Shown one piece after another: positions 10,278 through 19,269 of a stretch of DNA of 64,000 nt (position 1 is its first letter; each line of letters starts with the position of its first letter). The translations under genes were made by a program, and so were the position numbers. The notes under the pieces are model-generated. The model was not told where the DNA came from. It saw nothing but the letters and a program-made list of their open reading frames with translations, and made no database searches. This DNA is from an uncultured Methanosarcinales archaeon (GTDB lineage: Archaea > Nanobdellota > Nanobdellia > Woesearchaeales > JAGWAF01): positions 5,055 to 69,054 of the forward strand of contig CAYPXA010000003.1 in assembly GCA_964414985.1 (NCBI GenBank), in the 5' to 3' direction.

Positions 10278-10411
10278 GGGGACGTAGTATAACCTGGCTA
10301 GAATAAGTGGCTCCAGTAATGGAGCGATGAGGCGAAAGCCGATGATTAAGCGGTTGGTCTGTCGCTTGATGAAGAGACCACTGGATCCGGGTCCGAATCC
10401 CGGCGTCCCCA
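10278..10411 (+). tRNA. tRNA-Trp (anticodon CCA) containing a 60-nt intron at the canonical 37/38 position
   Basis: Acceptor stem GGGGACG/CGUCCCC. T-arm CCGGG-UCCGAAU-CCCGG. Anticodon stem AGUGG/CCACU with loop CUCCAG[intron]A. Mature length is 74 nt. The 3' half closely resembles archaeal tRNA-Trp. It is followed by an oligo-T tract. Confidence 0.65.
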
Positions 10412-10432
10412 TTTTCCTTTTTTTAAAAGGTG
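10412..10432 (+). terminator. Oligo-T terminator after tRNA-Trp
   Basis: ttttcctttttttaaaagg directly follows the discriminator base. Confidence 0.45.
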
Positions 10433-10436
10433 CTGC

Positions 10437-11372
10437 ATGAAATTTGTTGAAGTAAAAAACCTGAAAAAATCTTATACAATCAAAGGAAAGAAGATTGAGG
10501 CAGTCAAAGGAATATCATTTGACATAAAGGAAGGCGAGATTTTCGGGTTTTTAGGGCCGAACGGCGCAGGAAAGACAACAACAATCGACATACTTAGCGG
10601 AATCCTGACAAAGGATTCAGGCGAAATAAGGATTTTTGGAAAAGACCCTGAAAAGGAAAGGGAATATGTAAGAAACCATATGAATGTCTCAACTGCATAC
10701 TACCCATTGTCAGGAGCGCTTACTATCCAGCAGAATCTTAGAGTTTATGCCAAGCTGTACAATGTCAAAAATGCAGAGCAGAAAATAACACAGCTTATGA
10801 AAGACTTTGAAATTTACCACCTTAGAAACAAGAGCGTGGACAAGCTAAGCTCTGGCGAGAAGACAAGAACAACCCTGTGCAAGGGGCTTATCAACAATCC
10901 AAAGCTTCTTCTTCTTGACGAATGCACTGTTGGGCTGGACCCTTCAATCGCAGAAAAGACAAGGGGCATTCTCAAGAAATACCACAAGGAGCACAAGCCG
11001 GCAATACTTTTCACTTCGCATTACATGCATGAAGTTGAGGAATTATGCTCAAGGATTGCATTCATGAGCCACGGCAGGATAATCAGCATAGGCTCGACAG
11101 AGGCGCTGAAGAAGCTCATAAAGAAGCACACTGTGAAAATGCACATTGTTTCAGGAATGAGCGAGGCTGAAAAATTCTTCAAAAAGAAAGGCATAGAAAT
11201 TTCTTTGGTTTCAAATAATGTGATAAAGTTTGACATAAGCGCAAAGGGCGAGCAGCTTTACAGCATGCTGCACGAGCTTTTCAGGAAAGGCGTAAGGATA
11301 AAGGACCTTTACATAAAGAGGCCTACGCTTGATGACATTTTCATCAAGATTGCAAAGGGTGATCTCAAATGA
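10437..11372 (+). CDS. ABC transporter ATP-binding protein
   Basis: Walker A GPNGAGKTT. Signature-like LSSGEKTR. Walker B LLLLDE. Confidence 0.85.
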   Translation: MKFVEVKNLKKSYTIKGKKIEAVKGISFDIKEGEIFGFLGPNGAGKTTTIDILSGILTKDSGEIRIFGKDPEKEREYVRNHMNVSTAYYPLSGALTIQQNLRVYAKLYNVKNAEQKITQLMKDFEIYHLRNKSVDKLSSGEKTRTTLCKGLINNPKLLLLDECTVGLDPSIAEKTRGILKKYHKEHKPAILFTSHYMHEVEELCSRIAFMSHGRIISIGSTEALKKLIKKHTVKMHIVSGMSEAEKFFKKKGIEISLVSNNVIKFDISAKGEQLYSMLHELFRKGVRIKDLYIKRPTLDDIFIKIAKGDLK

Positions 11373-12154
11373 AAATGCACAGGATACTTGCGCTCTGGCT
11401 CAAATATTATTATATTACAAGGAACAAGCTCGACAGGGTATTTGACTTATTTTACTGGCCTCTTGTAGACCTTTTTGTATGGGGCTTTGCGACATACTAC
11501 ATCAACTCGCTTTCAGACGTAAATGTAATCAGCATGCTTCTCGGCGGAGTAATCATGTGGCTTTTCATATGGCGCGCATCGCAGGACATTGCTGTTTATG
11601 TGCTTGAAGAGTTCTGGAACAAGGATTTGTACAACCTTTACACAACTCCGATTACAACAGCAGAGCACATGCTTTCCATAATCATGTTTGGGGTTGCAAG
11701 GGCGCTCATATCTTTTGTACTGCTCTTTTTCATGGCGCTGCTGATGTACTCATTCAACATATTTCAGCAGTTTGGGCTTTACCTTCCTTTGTTTGCAGCA
11801 ATTCTCACTCTTGTGGGATGGGTAATGGGGCTTTTTGTTACTGCAATTGTATTCAGGTTCGGCCACAGGATGCAGGTTTTTGCATGGAGCGCAGTCTGGG
11901 CTGTACAGCCGTTCTCATGCGTATTTTACCCGCTGAGCAGCCTGCCTGGGTGGGCTCAACATGTTGCAGTGGTAATGCCTCCAACTCATGTGTTTGAGGC
12001 AATGAGAAATGTGATTTCCGGAGCTCCTGTCAGCTGGGGGGGAATTGCATACTCAATTATTTCAACATTTGCGCTGCTTGTGATTGTTTCATTTGTTCTT
12101 AAGAAGGCTATTGAATACGGCAAAAGGACAGGGCTTATTGCAAAGTGCGAGTAA
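11369..12154 (+). CDS. ABC-2 type transporter permease
   Basis: Start overlaps the ATPase stop (ATGA). Six predicted TM helices, consistent with ABC-2 family topology. Confidence 0.7.
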   Translation: MKMHRILALWLKYYYITRNKLDRVFDLFYWPLVDLFVWGFATYYINSLSDVNVISMLLGGVIMWLFIWRASQDIAVYVLEEFWNKDLYNLYTTPITTAEHMLSIIMFGVARALISFVLLFFMALLMYSFNIFQQFGLYLPLFAAILTLVGWVMGLFVTAIVFRFGHRMQVFAWSAVWAVQPFSCVFYPLSSLPGWAQHVAVVMPPTHVFEAMRNVISGAPVSWGGIAYSIISTFALLVIVSFVLKKAIEYGKRTGLIAKCE

Positions 12155-12171
12155 GGCAGGCCTGCTAAAAT

Positions 12172-12292
12172 GAGTACTTCGCTGGGCGGCAATGCGCATT
12201 GCCTCGCTTCGTGACTATTATTGCATCGCTTCTTTAAAGGAGTCACGTGTTAATCAATATCAGAAAAGGAGTACTTCGCTGGGCGGCATTGC
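12172..12292 (+). repeat. Family-A element: partial right end (12172-12195) immediately followed by a diverged full copy A3 (12197-12292)
   Basis: GAGTACTTCGCTGGGCGGCAATGC precedes CATTGCCTCGCTTCGTGACTATTATTGC...GGCGGCATTGC. The full copy has more substitutions than the other copies. Confidence 0.75.
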
Positions 12293-12385
12293 TGGATTTA
12301 AAAGTAAATAATGAGATAAAATAATAAGCTAAAAGAATAAAATAAAATTTAAAAATAAGATAAAAATAATAAAAACAAACTTATC

Positions 12386-13807
12386 TTAGTACCTATAATG
12401 GTCTGCCTTGTAAGGCCCGCCTGCTTTTACGCCAAGGTATTCAGCCTGCGCTTTTGTCAGCACAGTGAGCTTTGCGCCAAGCTTTCCAAGATGAAGCCTT
12501 GCAACTTCCTCATCAAGCTCTTTAGGCAGCATGTAAACTCCTATCTTCATTTTTTTCTCCCAAAGCTCAATCTGCGCAAGAACCTGGTTTGTAAACGAGC
12601 TTGACATCACAAAGCTGGGGTGGCCTTTTGCATTGCCCAGGTTTACCAGCCTTCCTTTTGAAAGGAGAATTATTGAATGGCCATCCGGAAATTCAAACCT
12701 GTCGACTTGGGGCCTGATATTTATGCACTTAATTCCTGGAAGCTTCTCAAGCCTGCTTACCTCAATTTCATTGTCAAAATGGCCTATGTTGCACACTATT
12801 GCGCAGTCCTTCATTTTCTGCATGTGCTCAAGTGTGATTATGTCCCTGTTGCCTGTTGCTGTAACATATATGTCGCCGATTGGAAGGGCATCCTCGACAG
12901 TCTTGACTTCATAGCCTTCCATTGACGCCTGGAGCGCGCAGATTGGGTCTATTTCAGTAACAATGACTCTTGCGCCGAATCCCCTCATTGACTGGCAGCA
13001 TCCCTTGCCGACATCTCCGTAGCCGCAGACTACAACAACCTTTCCTGCAACCATGACATCAGTGCCTCGTTTTATGCCGTCTGCAAGGCTCTCCCTGCAG
13101 CCGTAGAGGTTGTCAAACTTTGATTTTGTAACAGAATCATTGACATTTATCGCAGGGAAAAGCAGCTTTTTTTCAGCAAGCATCTGGTAGAGCCTGTGCA
13201 CTCCTGTTGTTGTTTCTTCTGAAACTCCCTTTATTTCTTTTGAAATTCTCGACCATCTCGAGCTGTCCTCTGCATAAATTTCCTTGAGGCATGCAATCAG
13301 CTCCCTGCAATCCTCGCTTTCTCCGCTGCAGTCCTTATCCAGAATTGAAGGGTCTTTTTCAGCCTCAACTCCCTTGTGGACCATCATAGTGGCATCTCCG
13401 CCGTCGTCGACAATAAGATGCGGGCCTTTGCCATCGCCAAAGTCAAGCGCCTTCTGCGTGCACCACCAGTATTCCTTAAGAGTTTCTCCTTTCCACGCAA
13501 AAACTGCAATGCCTGTTTTGGCAATTGCAGCTGCAGCAGAATCCTGCGTTGAGTAGATGTTGCATGACGCCCATCTGACTTCTGCTCCGAGCGCTGCAAG
13601 AGTTTCAATAAGCACTGCAGTCTGAACAGTCATGTGCAGGCTGCCCATTATCCTTGCGCCTTTCAAAGGCTTTTTGCTGCCGAACTTCTCCCTTAGAGCC
13701 ATAAGTCCTGGCATTTCCTTCTCTGCAAGCATTAGTTCCTTCCTGCCCAATTCGGCAAGGCTTATGTCACTTACTTTGTATTGTTTTCCTTCATCCATTA
13801 ATATCAC
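12386..13807 (-). CDS. ahcY: Adenosylhomocysteinase (S-adenosyl-L-homocysteine hydrolase)
   Basis: 473 aa. NAD-binding [15 protein letters not shown]. Conserved [13 protein letters not shown] and [11 protein letters not shown] motifs. Confidence 0.9.
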   Translation of the reverse strand: MILMDEGKQYKVSDISLAELGRKELMLAEKEMPGLMALREKFGSKKPLKGARIMGSLHMTVQTAVLIETLAALGAEVRWASCNIYSTQDSAAAAIAKTGIAVFAWKGETLKEYWWCTQKALDFGDGKGPHLIVDDGGDATMMVHKGVEAEKDPSILDKDCSGESEDCRELIACLKEIYAEDSSRWSRISKEIKGVSEETTTGVHRLYQMLAEKKLLFPAINVNDSVTKSKFDNLYGCRESLADGIKRGTDVMVAGKVVVVCGYGDVGKGCCQSMRGFGARVIVTEIDPICALQASMEGYEVKTVEDALPIGDIYVTATGNRDIITLEHMQKMKDCAIVCNIGHFDNEIEVSRLEKLPGIKCINIRPQVDRFEFPDGHSIILLSKGRLVNLGNAKGHPSFVMSSSFTNQVLAQIELWEKKMKIGVYMLPKELDEEVARLHLGKLGAKLTVLTKAQAEYLGVKAGGPYKADHYRY

Positions 13808-14004
13808 CAGAGTTGTGGAATCATGGGAATCTTATATACTTTATGCAAAAAAAACTCAATTTTGTCCAACAAAATCAATAAATTACGGACAAATATCAAA
13901 AGATTTAAATATAAGTTGAACAAACTCTCTAATGCCTGTGGTGGGGGTGGTCCGTTGGCTATCCAGGGCTCAAGGCCCTGCGGGCTTCCCGGCAGGCTAT
14001 TATT

Positions 14005-14427
14005 ATGAAACTGGACAGCAGGGACTCGAAGATACTGAATGAGCTTAGGAAAAACAGCAGGTCTACTGTCAGGGAAATTGCGAAGCGCACAGGAACAAGA
14101 CCTTCAACTGTCCATCAAAGAATTGCCAGGCTCAAGGAAGACGGCATTATAGAAAAGTTCACAATAAAGACGAGCAATGCAAAGCTCGGCGAGAACTTCA
14201 TAGTCTTCATGAGCATATCAACAAGCAGGGACATTGAAGAGCAGTTTTTCCAGAGCCCTCATATCAAGGAGGTTTTTGGGATAACAGGCGAGTACGACCT
14301 TTTGCTCAAGCTCAAATTCAGGGATATTGAAGAGTTCAACAATTTTATCATATCAGTAAGGCAGAACAAGGCAATAACCAAAACAATCACCTCGATTGCG
14401 ACAATTGCAATAAAAGAGGAAATTTAA
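14005..14427 (+). CDS. Lrp/AsnC-family transcriptional regulator
   Basis: N-terminal HTH LDSRDSKILNELRKNSRSTVREIAKRTGTRPSTVHQRIARLKEDGII plus a C-terminal RAM domain. Confidence 0.85.
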   Translation: MKLDSRDSKILNELRKNSRSTVREIAKRTGTRPSTVHQRIARLKEDGIIEKFTIKTSNAKLGENFIVFMSISTSRDIEEQFFQSPHIKEVFGITGEYDLLLKLKFRDIEEFNNFIISVRQNKAITKTITSIATIAIKEEI

Positions 14428-14534
14428 GAAATCACATTTAAAGGGCAGGGACTTCCGGAAACACCCCCAAACGCTTTCTTTGGAAGTCCCGGCCTTTTAA
14501 TATTCCAGTTCTTGGGCATTGCTTCGTGAGGATT

Positions 14535-14653
14535 ATTGCCTTGCTTAAGGCCAAAACTCTAACTTTCTCAACTTTGTGTTCGTCGCGAGGGGATGCTCCC
14601 TACGGGAGCGCAGAACAATAAAAAACAATAGCGGGAGTTTTGGAGCAAGGCAA
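14535..14653 (-). repeat. Family-B MITE-like element copy B1 (about 119 nt, TIR TTGCCTTGCT...AGCAAGGCAA, palindromic core GAGGGGATGCTCCCTACGGGAGC)
   Basis: Reverse-complement match to 41796-41913. A partial arm also occurs at 36218-36250. Confidence 0.75.
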
Positions 14654-14685
14654 TCGTTGCAATGCAAAACACCACGGCAATGCTG

Positions 14686-14780
14686 CATTGCCGCGCTCCG
14701 TGAATATTATTGAATCTCTTCTGTTCAGGAGTCACCTTTTGAGAAATGTCAAGAACGAGTACTGCGCTGGGCGGCAATGC
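14686..14780 (+). repeat. Family-A element copy A4
   Basis: CATTGCCGCGCTCCGTGAATATTATTGAATCTCTTCTGTTCAGGAGTCACC...GGCGGCAATGC. It lies adjacent to B1. Confidence 0.85.
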
Positions 14781-14811
14781 TGTTAATGCTTAATCTGATT
14801 ATGCTGGCAAA

Positions 14812-15828
14812 TTACTGCTGAATAATGCTCTTTACTTCGTCCTTAAGGCAGCAGTTCAGCCTTGCTCCGACCTGTGCAACAACCTTTGATGCAGCCCAGC
14901 TTCCTATCCTTCCGCATACATCAACAGGAAGCCCTCTTGAAATGCCAAAAAGAAATCCTGCAGCATACATGTCTCCTGCGCCTGTAGTGTCAACAGCCTT
15001 TGCAATGAACGGCTCAATCCTGAATGATTTATTGCCCTGCTTTACAAGCGAGCCTTTTGCGCCAATCTTGACAACCGCAGTCTTGCAGTATTTTGAAAGC
15101 TCTTCGAGTGCATCTTCAGGCCTGCCTGAATCAGGCATTCCAGCGAATGCAAAAGCCTCTTTCTCATTTGCAAAAACAATGTCAGCATATTCCCTGGCAA
15201 TCTCCCTCATCTGCCCAAGGTTTCTTTTCACAAGCCCTGCATCTGCAAGGTCTATTGAGACCATAACGCAGTTCTTCTTTGCAAGCGAGAGTGCGTGCAT
15301 TGCAGTCTCCTTAAGCCCCGCATCCTCAAGCTGGTATCCTTCAGTGTGGAATATCCTGCTTTTCACAATATCCTCTTCCAGGACATCCTCTTTTTTGAGG
15401 TGGATTGAGGCTCCGAGGTGGGTTGCAAAAGTCCTTTCGCTGTCAGGAGTTATGAAAGTTATTGCGTGGCCTGTTGCCTTTGAGCTGTGCTTCCTTATCC
15501 TTGAGCAGACTCCGCAGTCAGCGCTTTTCTGCTCGTAAACCTCTCCATACAAATCATGGCCCACTTTTCCGCAGAACGCTACCCTGCCTCCGAGCGCTGC
15601 AATTCCTGCAAGCGTGTTTGCAGTGCTTCCGCCTGGAGCAGTCCTCACATTGTATGATTCCAGCTTTTTCATGAGCTTTTTTGACTCATCTTCGCTGATT
15701 AATGTCATGCTGCCTTTTTCAAGGCTAAGCTCTACAAGCTCCTTGTCTTCCATTTCTACAAGAAAGTCCATAAGCGCGCTTCCGATTCCGAATGCGTCAA
15801 ATTCTTTTTCAGGGCAGTCCATAACCAT
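14812..15828 (-). CDS. PfkB-family sugar/nucleoside kinase (ribokinase-like)
   Basis: C-terminal VDTTGAGDMYAAGFLFG (PfkB signature 2). N-terminal GG dipeptide region. Confidence 0.8.
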   Translation of the reverse strand: MVMDCPEKEFDAFGIGSALMDFLVEMEDKELVELSLEKGSMTLISEDESKKLMKKLESYNVRTAPGGSTANTLAGIAALGGRVAFCGKVGHDLYGEVYEQKSADCGVCSRIRKHSSKATGHAITFITPDSERTFATHLGASIHLKKEDVLEEDIVKSRIFHTEGYQLEDAGLKETAMHALSLAKKNCVMVSIDLADAGLVKRNLGQMREIAREYADIVFANEKEAFAFAGMPDSGRPEDALEELSKYCKTAVVKIGAKGSLVKQGNKSFRIEPFIAKAVDTTGAGDMYAAGFLFGISRGLPVDVCGRIGSWAASKVVAQVGARLNCCLKDEVKSIIQQ

Positions 15829-15926
15829 AGTGATTGAGCTTTTGCTTTAAAACGTTTTGGTTGGCTGCGCTTTTTATTCTTTTTCAACCCGAATAATTTA
15901 TATACCAGATTATTTTAAAATGAGAC

Positions 15927-16448
15927 ATGGCTGATGAAACAAGGCTGATACCAAGGCTGGCTGAAACAGGAGCAGGCGCTGAAAAAAAGGCTGCAGAGCT
16001 TGCAAACCTCATGATTGAGCTTCTTGAAAACACTGTAAAATCATTTGAATTCCAGAAGAGGGATGCTGCAAAGGCTTTCAGCGATGTAGACATGCTTGCG
16101 CGCGAGTCAGGGATATACAGCATGAATGGAAGTGCGCCAAGCGAATTCATGCTCTGCTCCTACCTTTTCAGGCTAAGGCTTTTGATAAGCGCATACAGGT
16201 CAAATATGGACAAGTCAGTTGCAGAAGAAATATACTCAATCTATCCGCTTGCAAAGCAGGCAGCGATTGGAATGGATAAGCAGAGGCTTAGGTTTTATCT
16301 TACATACATAAAGAGCATACACAAGATTATTGTTTCACAGGTTTACCCTCATATAATGTGGGATGCTGGAAGAAAGATTTCAGGAGCAGCAGATTTGGGA
16401 GCAATTTCAAGGACTGCGTTCTTTACAAAATCCCGAAGAGAGCTTTGA
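15927..16448 (+). CDS. Hypothetical alpha-helical protein
   Basis: 173-aa ORF with plausible coding statistics. No recognisable motif. Confidence 0.4.
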   Translation: MADETRLIPRLAETGAGAEKKAAELANLMIELLENTVKSFEFQKRDAAKAFSDVDMLARESGIYSMNGSAPSEFMLCSYLFRLRLLISAYRSNMDKSVAEEIYSIYPLAKQAAIGMDKQRLRFYLTYIKSIHKIIVSQVYPHIMWDAGRKISGAADLGAISRTAFFTKSRREL

Positions 16449-16462
16449 ATTCTTTAGATTTT

Positions 16463-17035
16463 TTATCTGCACTTTATCTGCCTTATTTCCTTTATGCTGT
16501 TGAGCAGGGAGCGCTTGTATCCAGGATACCTTTTCTCAAGAGAGTCAATAAGCAGCCTTATTTTGTCCTTCTTCTTTTCAGGCCTGCTGAATTTCAGGCA
16601 TTTGGCTTTTGCAATTGCAGTTATCTCGTCTTCGCTAAGCTCTTTTAAGAGCATTATTGAATTTTTTGGAAAGGAGGCTTCTTTTTTTCCAGAGAACAAT
16701 GCTGAAAGAAAATGAGTGCATTCATCCTCAAGAGACCATGGAATTACAACTCTGGCATTTGCAGGCTTGCTGATGCCTGCTGCGCTTTTTGCAGAGCGTA
16801 TTTTTACATTAACCGGAAGCCCCTGCACAATATCTCTGAACAGGGCAATGCTTGCTTTGGATTTTGCGCTGCCATCATCAATGAATACAATAGTTTCGCC
16901 TTTATTGACAGGGCCTGACTGCTTAAGCCCCTTCCTTACCCTTTTTTCAGAAAGCTCAAGAAGGCATTTTGTGCACAGCGCGCCTGTATTGCTGACTTCA
17001 ATAGCTGCATTCCTTCTGCATTTTATGCATTTCAT
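16463..17035 (-). CDS. TtuA/NcsA-like PP-loop family protein with N-terminal zinc ribbon. The PP-loop appears degenerate, so the protein is probably non-catalytic.
   Basis: N-terminal CxxC...CxxC. The C-terminus EDEITAIAKAKCLKF...RLLIDSLEKRYPGYKRSLLNSI resembles the TtuA C-terminus. The SGGKDS position reads DDGSAKSKAS. Confidence 0.45.
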   Translation of the reverse strand: MKCIKCRRNAAIEVSNTGALCTKCLLELSEKRVRKGLKQSGPVNKGETIVFIDDGSAKSKASIALFRDIVQGLPVNVKIRSAKSAAGISKPANARVVIPWSLEDECTHFLSALFSGKKEASFPKNSIMLLKELSEDEITAIAKAKCLKFSRPEKKKDKIRLLIDSLEKRYPGYKRSLLNSIKEIRQIKCR

Positions 17036-17053
17036 GTTTTATCTTTATTAGTG

Positions 17054-17068
17054 CCCTATATAAAAACC
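17054..17068 (-). promoter_or_regulatory. TATA-box-like element about 20-30 nt upstream of the 16463-17035 gene
   Basis: Minus-strand sequence TTTTTATATAGGGC. Confidence 0.4.
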
Positions 17069-17212
17069 TGGCGCCTTTCAGAGCCATTTAAAAAGCTTTG
17101 GGTTGTTACTACTTTAGAATGCTCAAATAACCGAAAGCTTTAAATATAACCTACACTATACACTAGTAGTAACATAGGTAGTCATGATATTCATGATCTA
17201 TCACCTCTTTTT

Positions 17213-17246
17213 CCCGCGCAGACGTCCTTCGGGGTGTCTGCGAGGG
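17213..17246 (-). other. Very stable 15-position stem-loop with UUCG tetraloop, 27 nt downstream of the Lon-like gene stop
   Basis: CCCGCGCAGACGUCC-UUCG-GGGUGUCUGCGAGGG forms 14 pairs with one G.A mismatch and a C(UUCG)G loop. Confidence 0.5.
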
Positions 17247-17272
17247 TTTAATCTTCCAGAACAGCGAAAGCG

Positions 17273-19096
17273 CTAATTTTTTCTCTTGCTTTTTGCCTTA
17301 TTCCTTTTTCCAGGCTTAGCTTTTGCAGCAGGATTGCGCTTATTTCCTGCTGATGCAAGCCTTCCAAGAACAAATCCTATGCCCAGGCCTATGAGGAGCA
17401 TTCCTATAATCTGCCTGTCAATTCTTCCAATGCTAATCAGCTTCTGAATGCTGAACCCCTCTGTTTTTTCAAAGTAAAATTCAAAGCTGCTTAACTCCAT
17501 TGCATATTCAGAATAGATTATTGCAGCTGACTCATCTTCTCCTGCGAGAGCCTTTGCATATTCAAGGTATGAATACCCCATTATAGGAAAAATTCCCTCG
17601 TTCTGCTGCTCGATAACTACCTTTTCTGCAGCTCTGATTTTCTGGCTTAAAATAAGGCTTAGCGCGTCTTTTTCAACACCAATAAGCCCGAGAATTGCAT
17701 TGGCTTCTGCCTTTGCCTTGCTTGCCTTGTATGTGCACATCTCAAAATTTCCATTCCGCTGGTCCTTCTTTGCGCTCTCAATGCCCTTCCTTGTGTCTGA
17801 AAGTGTGCCGTCAAAATAGAAGTTGACATAATTGAAGCGCTCTTCAGCCTCTGAAATCTTTATGCTGCACGCCTCTGCAAGAGTCTCATTGTTTATCTCA
17901 AAATCCTGGCCTTCAAGCCCAAAAAAATAGCTCCAGGTGTATGCTGAAAAAAGCCTTTCTTCGCCGTAAGCAAGCCAGTATGCAGATTTTTTCCTGTCTC
18001 CAATGTCCTTTTCAACATTAGACCTTGTTTCTGCAGCCTCATCAACCCTCTCCTTTGAAATCATGTAAGCCTGGATGTCTGTTATTGTCTTAATTTCCTT
18101 TGAGCTTAAGCCTTCATCTACCTTTGCTATCTCTCTTTCAAGCTTCTCAACCAATTCCATTGTCCTGTTTTCTGAAAAGTTTTTCAGGAAGTAAATCATT
18201 GACCTGTACTCAAGGTTTGCCCTGAAGCAGTAGGATGCAGCAGTGTAATAATCATGGTTTTCAAAAGACTTCATTGCTTTTGCAGTGCTGTTCACAGCTT
18301 CTTTTTCAGAATCTGCCATGAACTCCTCGTATTGTCCTGGTGGAATTGAAGGCGATTCAAGATACTCCTTCTGGAGGGATTCGCTTCTGCTGCAAAGCAT
18401 TTCTGCAAGCTCCTTCATTATGCTTTCATACTCGCTGCTTGCCTTAAGCTCGCCTTTATCCTCCGCTGGCTTAATTCCTGTGAACTCAAAAAGTGCATCA
18501 TCAAGGCTTGCAACACCTATAAGCTCAATGCCCATTTCTTCTGCAATTATGCTGGCATTTGAAGTGTTTGATACAATCTCCCATTCAGGCACAAGGACCT
18601 TTGAAATTCCCGCTTTTGCAGCAGCATCAATCTTTTCATTCACACCGCCGACAGGCCCGATAAGCCCTCCTGAATTTATTGTGCCTGTAATCGCAATTCC
18701 GTCCTTAAGCTTCAGGTCTTCAAGCATTGCAGAGGTAAGGACTGCAGCTGCAGCCCCTGCGCTCGGCCCGCCTACAAGAGAGCTTTCAGCCTTTATTGTG
18801 TAAATAAAGTCATACGCCCCGCATTCAGTTTTTGAGTGCTTGCATGCAAGCTGCTTTGCAAACCTCATTGACATCTGGGTGTCAAGCTTTGACATTGGGT
18901 ATGTGTTTACAAAAACCCTTCCAGACCCTTTGATTATCTCGAGGCTAAGGTCTGCAACGCTTCCTGAAAGGCTGCCGTCCTCCAGCTCTGAAACTGCAAG
19001 GAGCTTTATCCTTCCTTCTGTTGTGATTGCTGCAGCGCACTGGGCAGTCAAAACTGCCAGAACAAACATTGCTGCAAAAAAAACGCCCTTATTCAT
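17273..19096 (-). CDS. Secreted/membrane-anchored Lon-like S16 serine protease domain protein
   Basis: Signal peptide MNKGVFFAAMFVLAVLTAQCAAA. Lon proteolytic-domain motifs GGPSAGAAAAV (catalytic Ser) and KAGISKVLVP (catalytic Lys). A roughly 380-aa helical C-terminal region. Terminal TM helix plus basic tail AKAKPGKRNKAKSKRKN. Confidence 0.7.
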   Translation of the reverse strand: MNKGVFFAAMFVLAVLTAQCAAAITTEGRIKLLAVSELEDGSLSGSVADLSLEIIKGSGRVFVNTYPMSKLDTQMSMRFAKQLACKHSKTECGAYDFIYTIKAESSLVGGPSAGAAAAVLTSAMLEDLKLKDGIAITGTINSGGLIGPVGGVNEKIDAAAKAGISKVLVPEWEIVSNTSNASIIAEEMGIELIGVASLDDALFEFTGIKPAEDKGELKASSEYESIMKELAEMLCSRSESLQKEYLESPSIPPGQYEEFMADSEKEAVNSTAKAMKSFENHDYYTAASYCFRANLEYRSMIYFLKNFSENRTMELVEKLEREIAKVDEGLSSKEIKTITDIQAYMISKERVDEAAETRSNVEKDIGDRKKSAYWLAYGEERLFSAYTWSYFFGLEGQDFEINNETLAEACSIKISEAEERFNYVNFYFDGTLSDTRKGIESAKKDQRNGNFEMCTYKASKAKAEANAILGLIGVEKDALSLILSQKIRAAEKVVIEQQNEGIFPIMGYSYLEYAKALAGEDESAAIIYSEYAMELSSFEFYFEKTEGFSIQKLISIGRIDRQIIGMLLIGLGIGFVLGRLASAGNKRNPAAKAKPGKRNKAKSKRKN

Positions 19097-19206
19097 AGGG
19101 TTATGCTTCCAGCCGAGTTATTTAAGCTTTTTGATTGGCCTGGCTGTGAACAAAATAAGGGCCAGCTGCGTTTGATGCAGTCTAATTCACTGTGCTCTTT
19201 TATTTT

Positions 19207-19226
19207 TTAGCCATAATTATGGCTAA
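19207..19226 (+). promoter_or_regulatory. Perfect 20-bp palindrome TTAGCCATAATTATGGCTAA immediately upstream of TATA box of RHH gene (putative operator)
   Basis: Exact reverse-complement symmetry. It is followed by AAATATTTATATATTA (TATA-like, about 19233-19248) 22 nt before the ATG at 19270. Confidence 0.5.
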
Positions 19227-19269
19227 ATTTAGAAATATTTATATATTAGGCATTACAAAATTATGAACT

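Noticed and set aside
10278-10411. Alternative fold with anticodon stem GCUCC/GGAGC and a 6-nt loop AGUAAU.
   Set aside because: It gives a non-canonical 6-nt anticodon loop and leaves about 55 nt unexplained. The fold with the intron at 37/38 yields a canonical 7-nt loop with anticodon CCA and a 5-bp stem.
13925-14004. GC-rich element tested as a tRNA (possible anticodon stem-loop CAGGG-CUCAAGG-CCCUG).
   Set aside because: It is only about 64 nt and has no T-arm with a GTTC-type loop and no D-arm. It cannot form a cloverleaf. It is kept only as a possible structured leader.
14568-14777. 69-aa minus-strand ORF in the ORF track.
   Set aside because: It lies entirely within the family-B and family-A repeat elements (the same sequence also occurs at 41796-41913 in the opposite orientation). 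It is a spurious ORF created by the repeats.
17213-17246. UUCG hairpin considered as a bacterial-type intrinsic terminator.
   Set aside because: There is no U-tract on the downstream side of the minus strand. Archaeal termination generally relies on oligo-T rather than a hairpin. Reported as a structured element of unknown role.
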